54,108 nucleotides of DNA from a virus. Lineage: Duplodnaviria; Caudoviricetes. The notes under the pieces were generated by a model. The model was not told the DNA's origin and ran no database searches. It saw only the letters and a program-made list of their open reading frames with translations. Shown one piece after another: positions 37,001 through 45,925 of this stretch (positions within the stretch are counted from its first letter, which is position 1; every line of letters begins with the position of its first letter). Location: positions 1-54,108 of IMG/VR virus record IMGVR_UViG_3300043395_001550. One strand, 5' to 3'. A program made the position numbers and the translations under genes.

Positions 37001-37209
37001 TCAGAGGGGAATCCCTTCCCCTGACTGGTGAGAATCTGATTCTCAACCAATTTTTGCTTCAGCAGAGTTCTGTATGTATCATAATCAATATCAAAAGTAT
37101 CCTCCAACCCAAGGAGTCGGAGGATTACCTCATTAATGTCCTCATCAACATTATCAGTAGTTTTGGTTCCGGTGTAACGGGAAAGCATCCCAATAGGATC
37201 AACGGGCAT
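34015..37209 (-). CDS. tape-measure/hub-like protein with glycoside hydrolase 19 domain (1064 aa)
   Basis: QESG...E, DGYNFIGRGPVQLTGRTNY and INGG GH19 motifs; follows gp51. Confidence 0.8.
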   Translation of the reverse strand: MPVDPIGMLSRYTGTKTTDNVDEDINEVILRLLGLEDTFDIDYDTYRTLLKQKLVENQILTSQGKGFPSEEMEILTNEYRRIKSKVGRFTIKKKKITVESFARGRKSESTDTEQTQKPAQTLIGPGLGVGRGPSAAAQYKGLEPVQEEPKKKERKVDTLLDSLRNIRENLKNILKALKGQLKAEQTGTEKERRSGVSRRRQTDEDKLEKKRAKELKKIQEKMLAPVKGLLDKVWTFIKFTFLGAIFTKFVKWFTDPKNAKKIEVLGRLLETFWPALLAAFLLFMTPFGGFVRNTIRLVGFFAKGMAKIMPMLLNALRNLKLSAGGRLTGRGKFAVAAGVFAAGAMIPALMPGTVDSQERKTESAPGSKSEKIKKLQEEKKKVGFFDPWGKKSEIDEQIHRLQTGQTKGYSGGGSIFSGFVGRDTGVTVAGGGKDTQLLPIEGGGSAVLQRGELVLNEEQQQKLANETGVDPAKFVVGAQPSNLTGDLRPAWGQSSQGYSSGGIIGSGKVGFPSSMSNNWQQGGSIAPKDLWSYYTQQLLGKIKGLKFPEDKTESWKEFVRSGFGKQSEAPKITKTVGPSNPANLSANAKIDLAMGMWSKYRDQKNYKQADSIGKDIWNLKYKDTLAKPKTPNPLMAGFRSTPAAPAITPTPTPAAAAPKVPGMAGGGAIMPHQLGVVGGKASAKNIAPVYQQSLPMLFSILQGGRWKEKGWNSKEFMQMLTSRMMQESGNFTKTREQYTPSPNDPKGKPGWNYFNKIRGYGSNPVLGNKGDADGYNFIGRGPVQLTGRTNYEMFNKWLVRNGYKGYDVVKNPGLIEKDPKIQALSVLAYMENRQKLFPDANLGQMAKTGNLKDFVYSINGGHHGLETTKSNLNLIKKTNVNFGQTPRIVSTAKPTSKPAAKSAEPKRAWYDPRGWVGKQHGGKMVTENTGVNIPGGTADRQLVALQPGENHYIFPKKFVDMGGISHVDKLVAQFDPNSAPAKDGQRGKLAQLSSQVNRNVPGAPVTGSMGGAITLPPINKTSMPDGLPPAEDNSVYTQAPIFNAHAVSGIPERKRLTEMYGIVG

Positions 37210-37381
37210 TTTTCTGCGTCTCTGCTTTTAATCGTTCTTCTTCAAGATGATTCTTCAACATGCCTACATACACATCTCGCTCCCAAGGAATCATATTTTC
37301 TATCTCTGTTAATGAGTATTTATGATACTGCATCAAGGAGAAATTGAGAACGAAATAGTTTTCAAGATCCATATGGGACAT
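37199..37381 (-). CDS. gp51: baseplate hub assembly protein gp51
   Basis: NFSLMQYHKYSLTEIENMIPWERDVY signature. Confidence 0.9.
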   Translation of the reverse strand: MSHMDLENYFVLNFSLMQYHKYSLTEIENMIPWERDVYVGMLKNHLEEERLKAETQKNAR

Positions 37382-37383
37382 GG

Positions 37384-38103
37384 CTAGGCGAAAAAACTAG
37401 ACAATCCCTCCAGTACAACTTCACTTTCTACACCCGTCTTTGGATTCTTCACACTAATAGTATGTGAGAGTTTAGGCATAGTCTCAAAGAACTTTTCAAT
37501 CTGTTTAAATTGAACAGTATTCATTTGATCAAGAAACTCACTCAGTTCCTTCTTAGTTACATCAGCAGCAACCCACACCTCATCTTCGTTATAGATTTTG
37601 TCAATACATGACGCAATAAGTTCAAACGACTGCTCCATGTTGTTGTCAGATTCCAAATCAAAGTTACTCTTCACAAATTGATCAAGAGAGGGATACTTCA
37701 TCTCCATCATGAGATTGTCATCTAACTTGATCTTATTATCATGCTCATCATTTCGTTGAACACCAATATCATCAACATTAATCTTCTTCAAGACATATGT
37801 TTCTTCATCATCTGGGCAGAGAATATTGACTTCAATCTCTTCACCAACAGACTTACCTCTAATATTAAGAAACAGATATTCAATATCAAATGTTGGAAGA
37901 GTTTCTACTTTAATTCCCTTGGTCTCAATACAATTTTTGATGACGTTCTTAATTGCCATCGAAATTTGTTTAGGGTCCTGACTTTCTAATGCTAGAACAA
38001 GAAGCTTTTCTTCCCTCACTAAAAATGGACGATATGTGATAGTTTTTCCTGTGGATGGCAACTCCAATTCATAAGTTGGCGTCGAAATCTTTGGTAAAGG
38101 CAT
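37384..38103 (-). CDS. gp26: baseplate hub subunit gp26
   Basis: MPLPKI..PTYEL.LPS...YRPFLVREEK...GLSSFF; GATAAATA at 38130-38137. Confidence 0.93.
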   Translation of the reverse strand: MPLPKISTPTYELELPSTGKTITYRPFLVREEKLLVLALESQDPKQISMAIKNVIKNCIETKGIKVETLPTFDIEYLFLNIRGKSVGEEIEVNILCPDDEETYVLKKINVDDIGVQRNDEHDNKIKLDDNLMMEMKYPSLDQFVKSNFDLESDNNMEQSFELIASCIDKIYNEDEVWVAADVTKKELSEFLDQMNTVQFKQIEKFFETMPKLSHTISVKNPKTGVESEVVLEGLSSFFA

Positions 38104-38135
38104 AATTTTTCAAGAAATTCATGATAATTTATTTA

Positions 38136-38963
38136 TCACCCCAATAGACCCTGTGATCTTCCAAGTTGATCTCTTACTCCAAACTGATCAAGTGCTGGAT
38201 TTCCAATCGCCCTACCATTTCTCTGCTGATCTCCATTCAGGAAATCATTATAAACAGCACCGTTTACAGGACGATTGTTTGGATTAGTTGGACTTGGTGC
38301 ATTAGAGTTTCTATTGATTGGAGTTTGATTGCTTCCTTGAACAGGTGGCGTCACATTTCCACTTCCATATCCCAATCTTTCTACAATATATCTGTTGTAT
38401 ACAAAGTGTACAGTAACATGAAGTAGTTGAGATGCATCATATGTTACTGGCATCGTAATAACTTCAACTGGATATGCTTGTAGGAATGTGTAGGCAAGAT
38501 ATGTGCCTTCCATAACCCTTTCAAATTTGTTGATATAGATTTCCGCAGATCTATATTCATCAGAATATTTCATTCTGTAAAACTTGTTCTTATCTTTAAT
38601 TTGTTGATCATCATTCGCTGCAAATTGTATCCACTTTTCAAAGAACCAAATAACACTATATGCACCTTGAGTGGATCCCGCAAGATCAACATAAAATGTA
38701 AAAGCAGCTCTATCATCATGCTGCCTACGATATGCCAATCTCTCAGTAACACCGGTATAATCATCATTCACTTCAGCAGTCATTAATGCAGATCCGGGGA
38801 GTGCTGCCTCATGACATGCTAGAGAGATATGCTCACCATCATAATACTGCCTCACACCCGGAGGTGGCTCCAACCATGCCTGAAAGTGAGACGTGAGTGA
38901 TGGAGTAAGTAGTCTACTCTTAATTTCAGAGTTAGTCTTAATTACCGGTCTTGGTGCTGGCAT
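38136..38963 (-). CDS. tail tube / baseplate-tube initiator (gp19/gp54-like)
   Basis: C-EAALPG, FTFYVD, FFEKW, AYP motifs; synteny between gp26 and gp4. Confidence 0.75.
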   Translation of the reverse strand: MPAPRPVIKTNSEIKSRLLTPSLTSHFQAWLEPPPGVRQYYDGEHISLACHEAALPGSALMTAEVNDDYTGVTERLAYRRQHDDRAAFTFYVDLAGSTQGAYSVIWFFEKWIQFAANDDQQIKDKNKFYRMKYSDEYRSAEIYINKFERVMEGTYLAYTFLQAYPVEVITMPVTYDASQLLHVTVHFVYNRYIVERLGYGSGNVTPPVQGSNQTPINRNSNAPSPTNPNNRPVNGAVYNDFLNGDQQRNGRAIGNPALDQFGVRDQLGRSQGLLG

Positions 38964-38964
38964 T

Positions 38965-38972
38965 TATAAATA
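38965..38972 (+). promoter_or_regulatory. T4 late promoter TATAAATA
   Basis: Exact consensus upstream of gp4. Confidence 0.8.
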
Positions 38973-38995
38973 AAGCTTGCTCTTATATATTATGT

Positions 38996-39451
38996 ATGCC
39001 AAAAGATTCTAAGTATTATCAGGGCAGATTTACTCCAAGAAACCCCGAAAAGTATATTGGCAATCCATCAAACATAATCTATAGAAGTAGTTGGGAACTT
39101 AAGTTCATGCAGTGGTGTGACAGAACACCTTCAATTTTACGTTATGGATCTGAAGAATTTTCTATTCCCTATTGGAATCCTGTGAAGGAAAAGATTTGTA
39201 GATACTATCCAGATTTTCTAATTGAAGTGATGGAGAGTGATGGAAAGAAGCACAAATATCTTATAGAAGTAAAACCTAAAAAATCTACACTTCCACCAAA
39301 ACCTAGATCAAGAACAACAAAATCATATCTTACTGAAGTGAAAACATACGCTGTAAATCAATCTAAATGGAAGGCGGCAAGAGAATTTTGTAAGGACAAT
39401 CTAATTGAATTCAAAATAATCACGGAAGAGGAATTGGGCCTAAAGGGATGA
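38996..39451 (+). CDS. gp4: head completion nuclease gp4
   Basis: P-NPEKY-G, YRSSWE, RYYPDF, IEVKP, N-SKW-AA, ITE motifs. Confidence 0.93.
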   Translation: MPKDSKYYQGRFTPRNPEKYIGNPSNIIYRSSWELKFMQWCDRTPSILRYGSEEFSIPYWNPVKEKICRYYPDFLIEVMESDGKKHKYLIEVKPKKSTLPPKPRSRTTKSYLTEVKTYAVNQSKWKAAREFCKDNLIEFKIITEEELGLKG

Positions 39452-39792
39452 CTAGAATTAGCGAACTTATGTCCAAAATTGAGGGGCAGAGAGATCCAGA
39501 CTCCTTGATGATGAGTATATTGGAAGTCTTTACAGAATCTGAATTCATACCGAAGGTTGGTGGATATTATACATTCGTCTATATTCCAAAAGGAAATAAA
39601 ATAGAATATGACCAGTTCCCACTAGTTGCTGTAACTTCAATTGAAAAGTGGGGATTTCGTGGTATCAACTATCACTGGGGTACGAGTAGACAATATACTT
39701 GGTATGAGGTTACAGGAAAATTGCATATTGTGTATCCGGAGGAACTTTCTACGTTGCTCAAAATACCCTATGCAAAATTCACCTATAAATAA
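39448..39792 (+). CDS. DNA end protector gp2-like protein
   Basis: YTFVY-PK...YDQFPLV...GINYHW; follows gp4. Confidence 0.75.
   Translation: MTRISELMSKIEGQRDPDSLMMSILEVFTESEFIPKVGGYYTFVYIPKGNKIEYDQFPLVAVTSIEKWGFRGINYHWGTSRQYTWYEVTGKLHIVYPEELSTLLKIPYAKFTYK
39784..39791 (+). promoter_or_regulatory. T4 late promoter TATAAATA
   Basis: Exact consensus upstream of gp48. Confidence 0.8.
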
Positions 39793-39813
39793 ATACAAAC
39801 CCATAGACTTGTA

Positions 39814-40728
39814 ATGCCAGAAGCAACATCTCCAGAACAAGCCGGAGCAGTATCTACAGCACCAACAGCAACTCCACGTGGTAGTGGAGGTGGTGGCGGA
39901 AATATGCTTGTCTATCCTACAAATATGAGTGGTGAACAGGATAGAGTCGCCTTTAATATTTGGGAAATTGCGAAAGCTCTTGGCACATCTGCTGGTGGTG
40001 GATTGCAGGTTGGTGAGGTTAATTACAGAAGAGTTCCAGGAAAACCAACGGTATACCTACCAATTCAAAATCCTATTGCTGACAATAATAAAGTAAAGTG
40101 GGAAGCAAAGGAGTTGAATGAACTGAGTAGAAGATTGGTTAATTCTTCCTTGGACTTCCAGGAGACTGCCAGTTTCTCACAACTTGCTGAGGGTCTTGGT
40201 GGAATTGCCAAGGATGTATTGAAAGATCCAAAACTAGCAAACCTGTATCTTGCTGAGCAAGCTGTTCCTGGTGCTGAGGGTCTCATTCCCAGAGCAACCG
40301 GAATGATCATCAACCCAAACCTTGAACTACTCTTCCAAGGACCAGAACTGAGAGACTTTACATTTCAGTTTGTGTTGACCCCAAGAAATGAAGGTGAAGG
40401 AAGAACAGTAAAGCAGATCATTAGATATTTCAAAGAAAATATGGCGGTTCGTTTGGAAGCAAGTAGATTGTTTCTTAAGGCACCTTATGTATTTGAAATT
40501 AGATATTTGAAGGGTTCAAGTCAAATTCACCCATCGATTAACCTAATTAAGAAGTGTTGCGCTCTTAGAAATTGCTCCGTGCAGTATACACCCCTTGGGA
40601 GTTACATGACATATGATGATTCGGATGCAACTATGGCACAATATGTAATAGCACTTGAGTTCACAGAGATTGAACCAATTTACGATATAGATTATCAAAG
40701 AGAAGCAAGCCACCCAATCGGTTACTAA
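39814..40728 (+). CDS. gp48: baseplate tail tube cap gp48
   Basis: NPNLELLFQGP-LR-F-F-F-LTPRN-E and F-E-EPI motifs. Confidence 0.88.
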   Translation: MPEATSPEQAGAVSTAPTATPRGSGGGGGNMLVYPTNMSGEQDRVAFNIWEIAKALGTSAGGGLQVGEVNYRRVPGKPTVYLPIQNPIADNNKVKWEAKELNELSRRLVNSSLDFQETASFSQLAEGLGGIAKDVLKDPKLANLYLAEQAVPGAEGLIPRATGMIINPNLELLFQGPELRDFTFQFVLTPRNEGEGRTVKQIIRYFKENMAVRLEASRLFLKAPYVFEIRYLKGSSQIHPSINLIKKCCALRNCSVQYTPLGSYMTYDDSDATMAQYVIALEFTEIEPIYDIDYQREASHPIGY

Positions 40729-40730
40729 TC

Positions 40731-41408
40731 ATGTCGTATTATTTTAGAAATCTGCCAAATTTCGAGTACACTAATAGAAACCTTGGCTCAGATCAGCAAA
40801 ATCTTGACAACTATGTTGAGGTCAAGAATATCTTCAAACGTGGAAAAATCCGTGAAGATATTTTAGGAAACCTGATGTTCTTCACCAAATATAGTATTAT
40901 TGGTGATGAACGTCCAGATAATGTTGCATACAAGGAATATGGTGATTCCAAATTAGATTGGGTGGTCCTTCTTTCAAATAATATTCTAAACATTCATTCA
41001 GAATGGCCGTTGAAGCAAACTGTGTTTGATCGGATCATGATGGAAAAATATGGATCATACGAAGAACTGTATAATGGTGTTCATCACTATGAGACTGTAG
41101 AGATTCGAAATACTCTGGATGTTGTGATCATGAAACCGGGAATTGTAGTTCCTGAGGAATTTTCAATCACATACTTTGATCCAGGGCGTGGTGAAGAGAT
41201 GATCTCTGAGGGAGTTGCCAGACCAATTACATACTTTGAGTATGAGACTAGAAAGGAAGAAGCAAAAAGAAATATTCTCCTACTCAAGAAGAAGTATCTT
41301 GGAGTGGTCTTTGATGATATTGAAAGAGAGATGAAATACAAAAGAGGTTCTACTCAGTTTGTGAGCAGAACCTTAAAGAGGGGTGATAATATCAGACTAT
41401 ATGAATGA
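40731..41408 (+). CDS. gp53: baseplate wedge subunit gp53
   Basis: YF--LP, ERPDNVA--YG---DWVVLL-N, HHYET motifs. Confidence 0.92.
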   Translation: MSYYFRNLPNFEYTNRNLGSDQQNLDNYVEVKNIFKRGKIREDILGNLMFFTKYSIIGDERPDNVAYKEYGDSKLDWVVLLSNNILNIHSEWPLKQTVFDRIMMEKYGSYEELYNGVHHYETVEIRNTLDVVIMKPGIVVPEEFSITYFDPGRGEEMISEGVARPITYFEYETRKEEAKRNILLLKKKYLGVVFDDIEREMKYKRGSTQFVSRTLKRGDNIRLYE

Positions 41409-42335
41409 TCACATATCAACTAGTTTCTGGAAGTAAGACATCGCATCATCTTCATCCTCATCAACTGGCGAAGAAACTTCACGTTCAACAACCCTAGAAC
41501 TAGTAAGATTGTTCAGTTGCTCGCGCAGATCGCTAGGAACTTCAGAACCTTCATCCTCACCATCAAGTTCTGGATCGGGACGACGTTGTGCGGTCTTTTC
41601 CCCAATAACATACTTCAGACGCTTTTCCAGGTCTTGATAGGACTTGAATTGATCTGGAGCAACTAGGGGTTGTAGGGGATGCTCCTTATTCCAAATTCCT
41701 TCTAGTGCATCATCATCGTCCAGAAGGGGACCAGCGGGTGCAAACTCAGACTTATCATAGTTCCAGTAACCATCTTTCTTCACCAGTTTCAGTTTGAAGT
41801 TGGCACCAGTCCAGAAGTCAAATGGATTGATTGGATCTTCATCATCAAATTCTGGTTGCATAGCATTCAGGATCTTATCGAAGATCTTCTTACCGAATTT
41901 GAAGAGGAACACTCTACCCTCGTTTTCGGGGTGTGCGGGATCCTTCACAACGTAGATGTTTGCGTAGTAGGACAACTTACGCTTTTGCTTACGCACAGTT
42001 TCCTTATCCTTATCGCTTCCGCTGTTCCAGAGTCCACGATTATACTCTGAGACGGGATCTTTTTGTCCAATAGTTGTCAGGGAGTTTTCGATGTACCATC
42101 CTCCAGGACCTTGGAATGCATGAGAGAACATTTGTACCCAAGGAACATCTTCTCCTTTGGGTGCTGGAAGGAAGCGGATCACAGCAGATCCAACTCCACT
42201 CTTATCCATTTCGGGTTTCCAGAGACGGTCATCTGCTCCACCTGAAGAGTTATTATTCAGTTTTTCTACCTGTTTTACCAGTTTATCTGTAAGGGATCCG
42301 AGACGGGATTGCTTCTTAAGATCTTGGAATGACAT
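41409..42335 (-). CDS. gp32: single-stranded DNA-binding protein gp32
   Basis: DDRLWK, VIRFLP, YIENS, FGKKIFDK, NPFDFW-GANFKLK, NYDKSEF, acidic tail; GGAG before the ATG at 42335. Confidence 0.96.
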   Translation of the reverse strand: MSFQDLKKQSRLGSLTDKLVKQVEKLNNNSSGGADDRLWKPEMDKSGVGSAVIRFLPAPKGEDVPWVQMFSHAFQGPGGWYIENSLTTIGQKDPVSEYNRGLWNSGSDKDKETVRKQKRKLSYYANIYVVKDPAHPENEGRVFLFKFGKKIFDKILNAMQPEFDDEDPINPFDFWTGANFKLKLVKKDGYWNYDKSEFAPAGPLLDDDDALEGIWNKEHPLQPLVAPDQFKSYQDLEKRLKYVIGEKTAQRRPDPELDGEDEGSEVPSDLREQLNNLTSSRVVEREVSSPVDEDEDDAMSYFQKLVDM

Positions 42336-42430
42336 GTATTTCTCCGTGTTGTTTGTATTTGGCATTTGTGACGACTTTATCCTAGTATAAACGGAAGGGA
42401 TGTCAAGCCCGGTTTTCTATTTATTTTCGA

Positions 42431-42712
42431 TTACCAACCATCGGGACAGTTTGTTTGAAACCACTTTCGTACACCTTCATAGTCGCGAGTGGTCATTTTA
42501 TCATTAATCACTCTTGCCTTCATTACTTGATTCATGTATCCACCATATGTTCCATCAGGGCGGCGGCCGATGATGAGATTTACCTCCAAACCAGCCTTAC
42601 AAACTTGTTTTAAGGTTTCCTCAGTAATTGTTTTGTCGTCCCATGTTTGAGCAGCACACCCCACCAGTCCAGGCAGGATTGCCATGGCGAGCAGGGGAAT
42701 CAGTCGTTTCAT
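42431..42712 (-). CDS. putative lipoprotein
   Basis: Signal peptide with LVGC lipobox; own sigma70 promoter. Confidence 0.7.
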   Translation of the reverse strand: MKRLIPLLAMAILPGLVGCAAQTWDDKTITEETLKQVCKAGLEVNLIIGRRPDGTYGGYMNQVMKARVINDKMTTRDYEGVRKWFQTNCPDGW

Positions 42713-42736
42713 AGTGAGGTCTGTCTCTCTACTATC

Positions 42737-42765
42737 ATTCTATACGTCGCTGCCCGTCCTGTCAA
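42737..42765 (-). promoter_or_regulatory. sigma70-like promoter TTGACA-N17-TAGAAT
   Basis: Near-consensus hexamers with a 17-nt spacer. Confidence 0.75.
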
Positions 42766-43084
42766 TTTTTTCGCGCATCGACTGCAGAACTGCTGACATA
42801 TTCTTGAAGACCATACCAACATCACAGTTTGTTGGGAGTCCCATCAGAGATGCTGAATCATGAATCTTCTTCTTCATCTCCTGTGCCTTTGGATCATCAG
42901 ACAACTTGAGACGTGTGTATAAAATTTGCTGCGTTTCTAAAAGTTTATACAGTAAATCAACATGTTGAAGTTTTTCTTCCTTACTCATGAATGAGAACTT
43001 AAACACATTTCCGTAAATTTGCTCCTGTAGATCAGAAATTTCTGCCAATTCCGACCTGACAATATCAGAATCAAAAAAACTCAT
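42740..43084 (-). CDS. conserved cyanophage protein (DUF1825-like)
   Basis: MSFFDSDIV...YTRL-LSDDP-A signature. Confidence 0.8.
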   Translation of the reverse strand: MSFFDSDIVRSELAEISDLQEQIYGNVFKFSFMSKEEKLQHVDLLYKLLETQQILYTRLKLSDDPKAQEMKKKIHDSASLMGLPTNCDVGMVFKNMSAVLQSMREKIDRTGSDV

Positions 43085-43683
43085 TTTAAAGCTCCCAGTA
43101 AGATTTCTTTCAAACTTTCTTTATATCTAAATGTGTTAATATTTAGGAAGTCTGAGTATTTTTTCATCTTAAGTGAAATCAAAGACCATACAGGATCGTC
43201 AATTTTCTTATTAAATTTAACTCTGAAATTAAGAATCTTATCAAGAATAACAAAAGTATCGATTGATAGATTCCCTCTAATAAATTCTTTTAATATTTGG
43301 GGATGTCCATGTTCAGATGTTGCAAACAAGTCATCAAAATTTTTATTGAGAAATACATTTTCTACTTCTTCCTTAAAGACATACATTAAGGATTGATTTC
43401 TCTTCTTCCAATCCGAATATACTGTCTCTCCACTTCTAATGATTTCTCCAATCCACAGAGAATCCGGATTGTCTATTGCTACAAAATTTGATACAAAAAA
43501 TTCTACGATCTCTTTATCGTTCTTATTTCTTGATAGTTTTTCAAACCAAAAACGATCTTTACGTTTATAAAATGATTGTAATGATGCTCTACTTTTACCA
43601 CAGTATTTGTGGTAGTCATACTTCTCTTTAGTGAAATGATTTTTTAATGCAAGGTATGTTTTATAACAATCAAAAGGTGTCAT
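43081..43683 (-). CDS. gp59: loader of DNA helicase gp59
   Basis: Y--YLALKNHFT---YDY-KY-GK...F-KRKDR--F-KL. Confidence 0.92.
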   Translation of the reverse strand: MTPFDCYKTYLALKNHFTKEKYDYHKYCGKSRASLQSFYKRKDRFWFEKLSRNKNDKEIVEFFVSNFVAIDNPDSLWIGEIIRSGETVYSDWKKRNQSLMYVFKEEVENVFLNKNFDDLFATSEHGHPQILKEFIRGNLSIDTFVILDKILNFRVKFNKKIDDPVWSLISLKMKKYSDFLNINTFRYKESLKEILLGALK

Positions 43684-43692
43684 TAATGTAGA

Positions 43693-43974
43693 TCAGATTG
43701 GCAATTTGGCGTGAGTTGTTCTTTTAAGGAAGTTTAACTCTATTGCTTCACATTTAATTTTTTCTTTGAGTGGTTTGGGAATCAGTTTAGGGATCGATTC
43801 TAAGTCCAAAGAATTCATCTCACAAAAATAAATGATAGCATCGATATAAGTCATATCGATGTTATCTCTAACTAGTATCTCGATTTCTGTTGCGAATTTT
43901 GATGGGCAGAAAAACTTTTTTTCAAAAGCTTCCTTAAGATCTTCTTCCATATATCCTAATACTGTTACTTGCAT
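43693..43974 (-). CDS. gp33: late-promoter transcription coactivator gp33
   Basis: YIDAI---C...KPLKEKIK-EA--LNFL. Confidence 0.9.
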   Translation of the reverse strand: MQVTVLGYMEEDLKEAFEKKFFCPSKFATEIEILVRDNIDMTYIDAIIYFCEMNSLDLESIPKLIPKPLKEKIKCEAIELNFLKRTTHAKLPI

Positions 43975-44021
43975 TTACCACCACATATCTGTCATTAGTC
44001 TATCATTAATTACAGTTGTCG

Positions 44022-44705
44022 TCAAGTGTATGCTGCTGTTTTGGTCTCAACAAAGTTTTTGATATACTTAACAAGAAGTTTCAAATATTTTGCTAAATCA
44101 TATTCTTCATATACTTCAACCTCACCATTTTCACATGCCATGATAATGACAAATTTCTTAACATTTATACCTGTCATTTCATGAAGCATACATGCGTAAG
44201 CACAACACTGAACAAAATAATCCTCAATCCAATCTCTTGGTTTGGGTTGTTTACTAGTTTTAAAGTCTATTATTGCCAGTTCACCATCAAATTCAGCGAT
44301 ACAATCAACTGTTCCGGCAACGCCAAGATATGTACTATACAGAGCCCCCTCAAGGGCATGAATATTATTTATACGTTTCAGCGTTGGCACGGTTCGCTGA
44401 AATAGCATTTCTGAGATTGGAAGTACGCTAGACAAACGCCCCATATTGAGAAGGTGCTCTTCAACTAAAGTATGAAGATCAGTACCTCTACTGGTCGCTC
44501 TCTTACTGATTCTATCTGCTTCCGCATCTCCAACTTTCTTCCTCCACCCCGCAAACTTTTCACGGTTGAAGTGACTAATAACCGAAGTGATGGACACCAG
44601 TTTGTGTAGTTGCCCATCACCCTCGGGAATTTCATAATAACGAACACCATCTATAGTTACTCTCTCAAGGCGAGGGAGATTCAAATCAACATGTGTAAAA
44701 GTCAT
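44022..44705 (-). CDS. PD-(D/E)xK exonuclease
   Basis: SITSV, RGT--H, AGTVD, IIDFKTS, YFVQ--AYA. Confidence 0.88.
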   Translation of the reverse strand: MTFTHVDLNLPRLERVTIDGVRYYEIPEGDGQLHKLVSITSVISHFNREKFAGWRKKVGDAEADRISKRATSRGTDLHTLVEEHLLNMGRLSSVLPISEMLFQRTVPTLKRINNIHALEGALYSTYLGVAGTVDCIAEFDGELAIIDFKTSKQPKPRDWIEDYFVQCCAYACMLHEMTGINVKKFVIIMACENGEVEVYEEYDLAKYLKLLVKYIKNFVETKTAAYT

Positions 44706-45463
44706 TAAAGTCCTAAATCAGTTTTTGCAATAATATATTCTTTACAGATTCCGGATCTTACAATATCCTCAACTCCAAATTCAATAATCTCAAATGAAGG
44801 CATGGTACGAAGAATTCTCATGAAGTCAATAATACCATTCTTTTCATTTGTCTTAATTAAGTCGGACTGAGAAGCATCACCACAGAACATAATCTTACTA
44901 TTTTCACCAACACGGGTGATAATAGAATCTAATTCATGGAAGTTAAGATTCTGGAATTCATCAACAAGAATGATACAATTATCTAATGTAGTTCCACGAA
45001 TGAATGATGTACTCCAGAAACTAATAGTTCCCTGAGTTTTCAGGTTTCCATAAAGCATTTCGAAATCAGTATCTGATTGCATTTGGAACATGTACTTAGT
45101 CATGTTCTTATATGGAATCTGATAGAGAGATGATTTGTCTTCATGATCTCCTGGGAGGAATCCAATCTCTCTTGTCGCAACAAGTGATCTCACAAGATAA
45201 ATTTTTTCGTATGGGGATCTTTCATCTAAAACGTCTTGAAGTGCGTTGTAAAGAGTAATGAAAGTTTTGCCCGTTCCAGCAACCCCATATGCAACTATGT
45301 GTTTTTCATTATCATATGCATCAAATAATTTCTCTTGATTGTCTGTAAGTGGGTCAATTTCTAAAAGTAAATCCGCATTTATTGGCTTCTTTCTTTTCAT
45401 TTGTTTGGCAGTCATGCCAACACCAATTGGTTGTTGCGTTGAAGACTTTCTTTTTCTTGACAT
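44705..45463 (-). CDS. phoH: PhoH-like ATPase
   Basis: GVAGTGKT Walker A, IGFLPG, FIRGTT, DEFQN, TRVG, GD--QSD. Confidence 0.95.
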   Translation of the reverse strand: MSRKRKSSTQQPIGVGMTAKQMKRKKPINADLLLEIDPLTDNQEKLFDAYDNEKHIVAYGVAGTGKTFITLYNALQDVLDERSPYEKIYLVRSLVATREIGFLPGDHEDKSSLYQIPYKNMTKYMFQMQSDTDFEMLYGNLKTQGTISFWSTSFIRGTTLDNCIILVDEFQNLNFHELDSIITRVGENSKIMFCGDASQSDLIKTNEKNGIIDFMRILRTMPSFEIIEFGVEDIVRSGICKEYIIAKTDLGL

Positions 45464-45473
45464 TATTTTAATA

Positions 45474-45716
45474 CTAGAAGGGTTTTACTCTTGATCCTGG
45501 CATCTTCGATGCTCTATGAAGAACTTCATTCCATCCCGGATGTTTATTGACTAGTTTATTTTGCCAGTCGCCCACCTCCCCGACGCCAGCTACTCCCGCA
45601 GACCAATCTTTATCCCAAGATGGATTTTCTTTCCTCCAGGTTTCATATTCACTCAACGACATGGTAAGTTCTTTTGTCTCACCAGTTTCCAAATTCTTTA
45701 CAGGATATATGGGCAT
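45474..45716 (-). CDS. conserved T4-like hypothetical protein
   Basis: MPIYPV.N..TGE...GWNEVL pattern; CTAAATA at 45740-45746. Confidence 0.8.
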   Translation of the reverse strand: MPIYPVKNLETGETKELTMSLSEYETWRKENPSWDKDWSAGVAGVGEVGDWQNKLVNKHPGWNEVLHRASKMPGSRVKPF

Positions 45717-45742
45717 AATTAAGAATCATGTTGTACGATTAT

Positions 45743-45925
45743 TTAGTCAAAGGTCTCTAGATAAATTGAAGTGTAATCCACATTCGGATCATCGAAATGC
45801 TCAAAGTCCGGATTACTCTTCAACATCTTTTGAATCTCTTCTTCAGTAGCAAGAATCTTAAATGTGTGTCCTGTAAGTGTATCCTTAAGGAAATAAGTTC
45901 TCATACCAGTAATTTCGTCCATCAT
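45743..45925 (-). CDS. hypothetical protein
   Basis: 60-aa ORF with ATGA overlap at the thyX stop. Confidence 0.6.
   Translation of the reverse strand: MMDEITGMRTYFLKDTLTGHTFKILATEEEIQKMLKSNPDFEHFDDPNVDYTSIYLETFD

Noticed and set aside
38996-39451. TnsA transposase
   Set aside because: Fold is shared, but sequence and synteny identify T4 gp4; no transposon ends or partner genes
44022-44705. Cas4 / CRISPR system
   Set aside because: No four-Cys cluster pattern, no array and no other cas genes; standard exonuclease next to phoH
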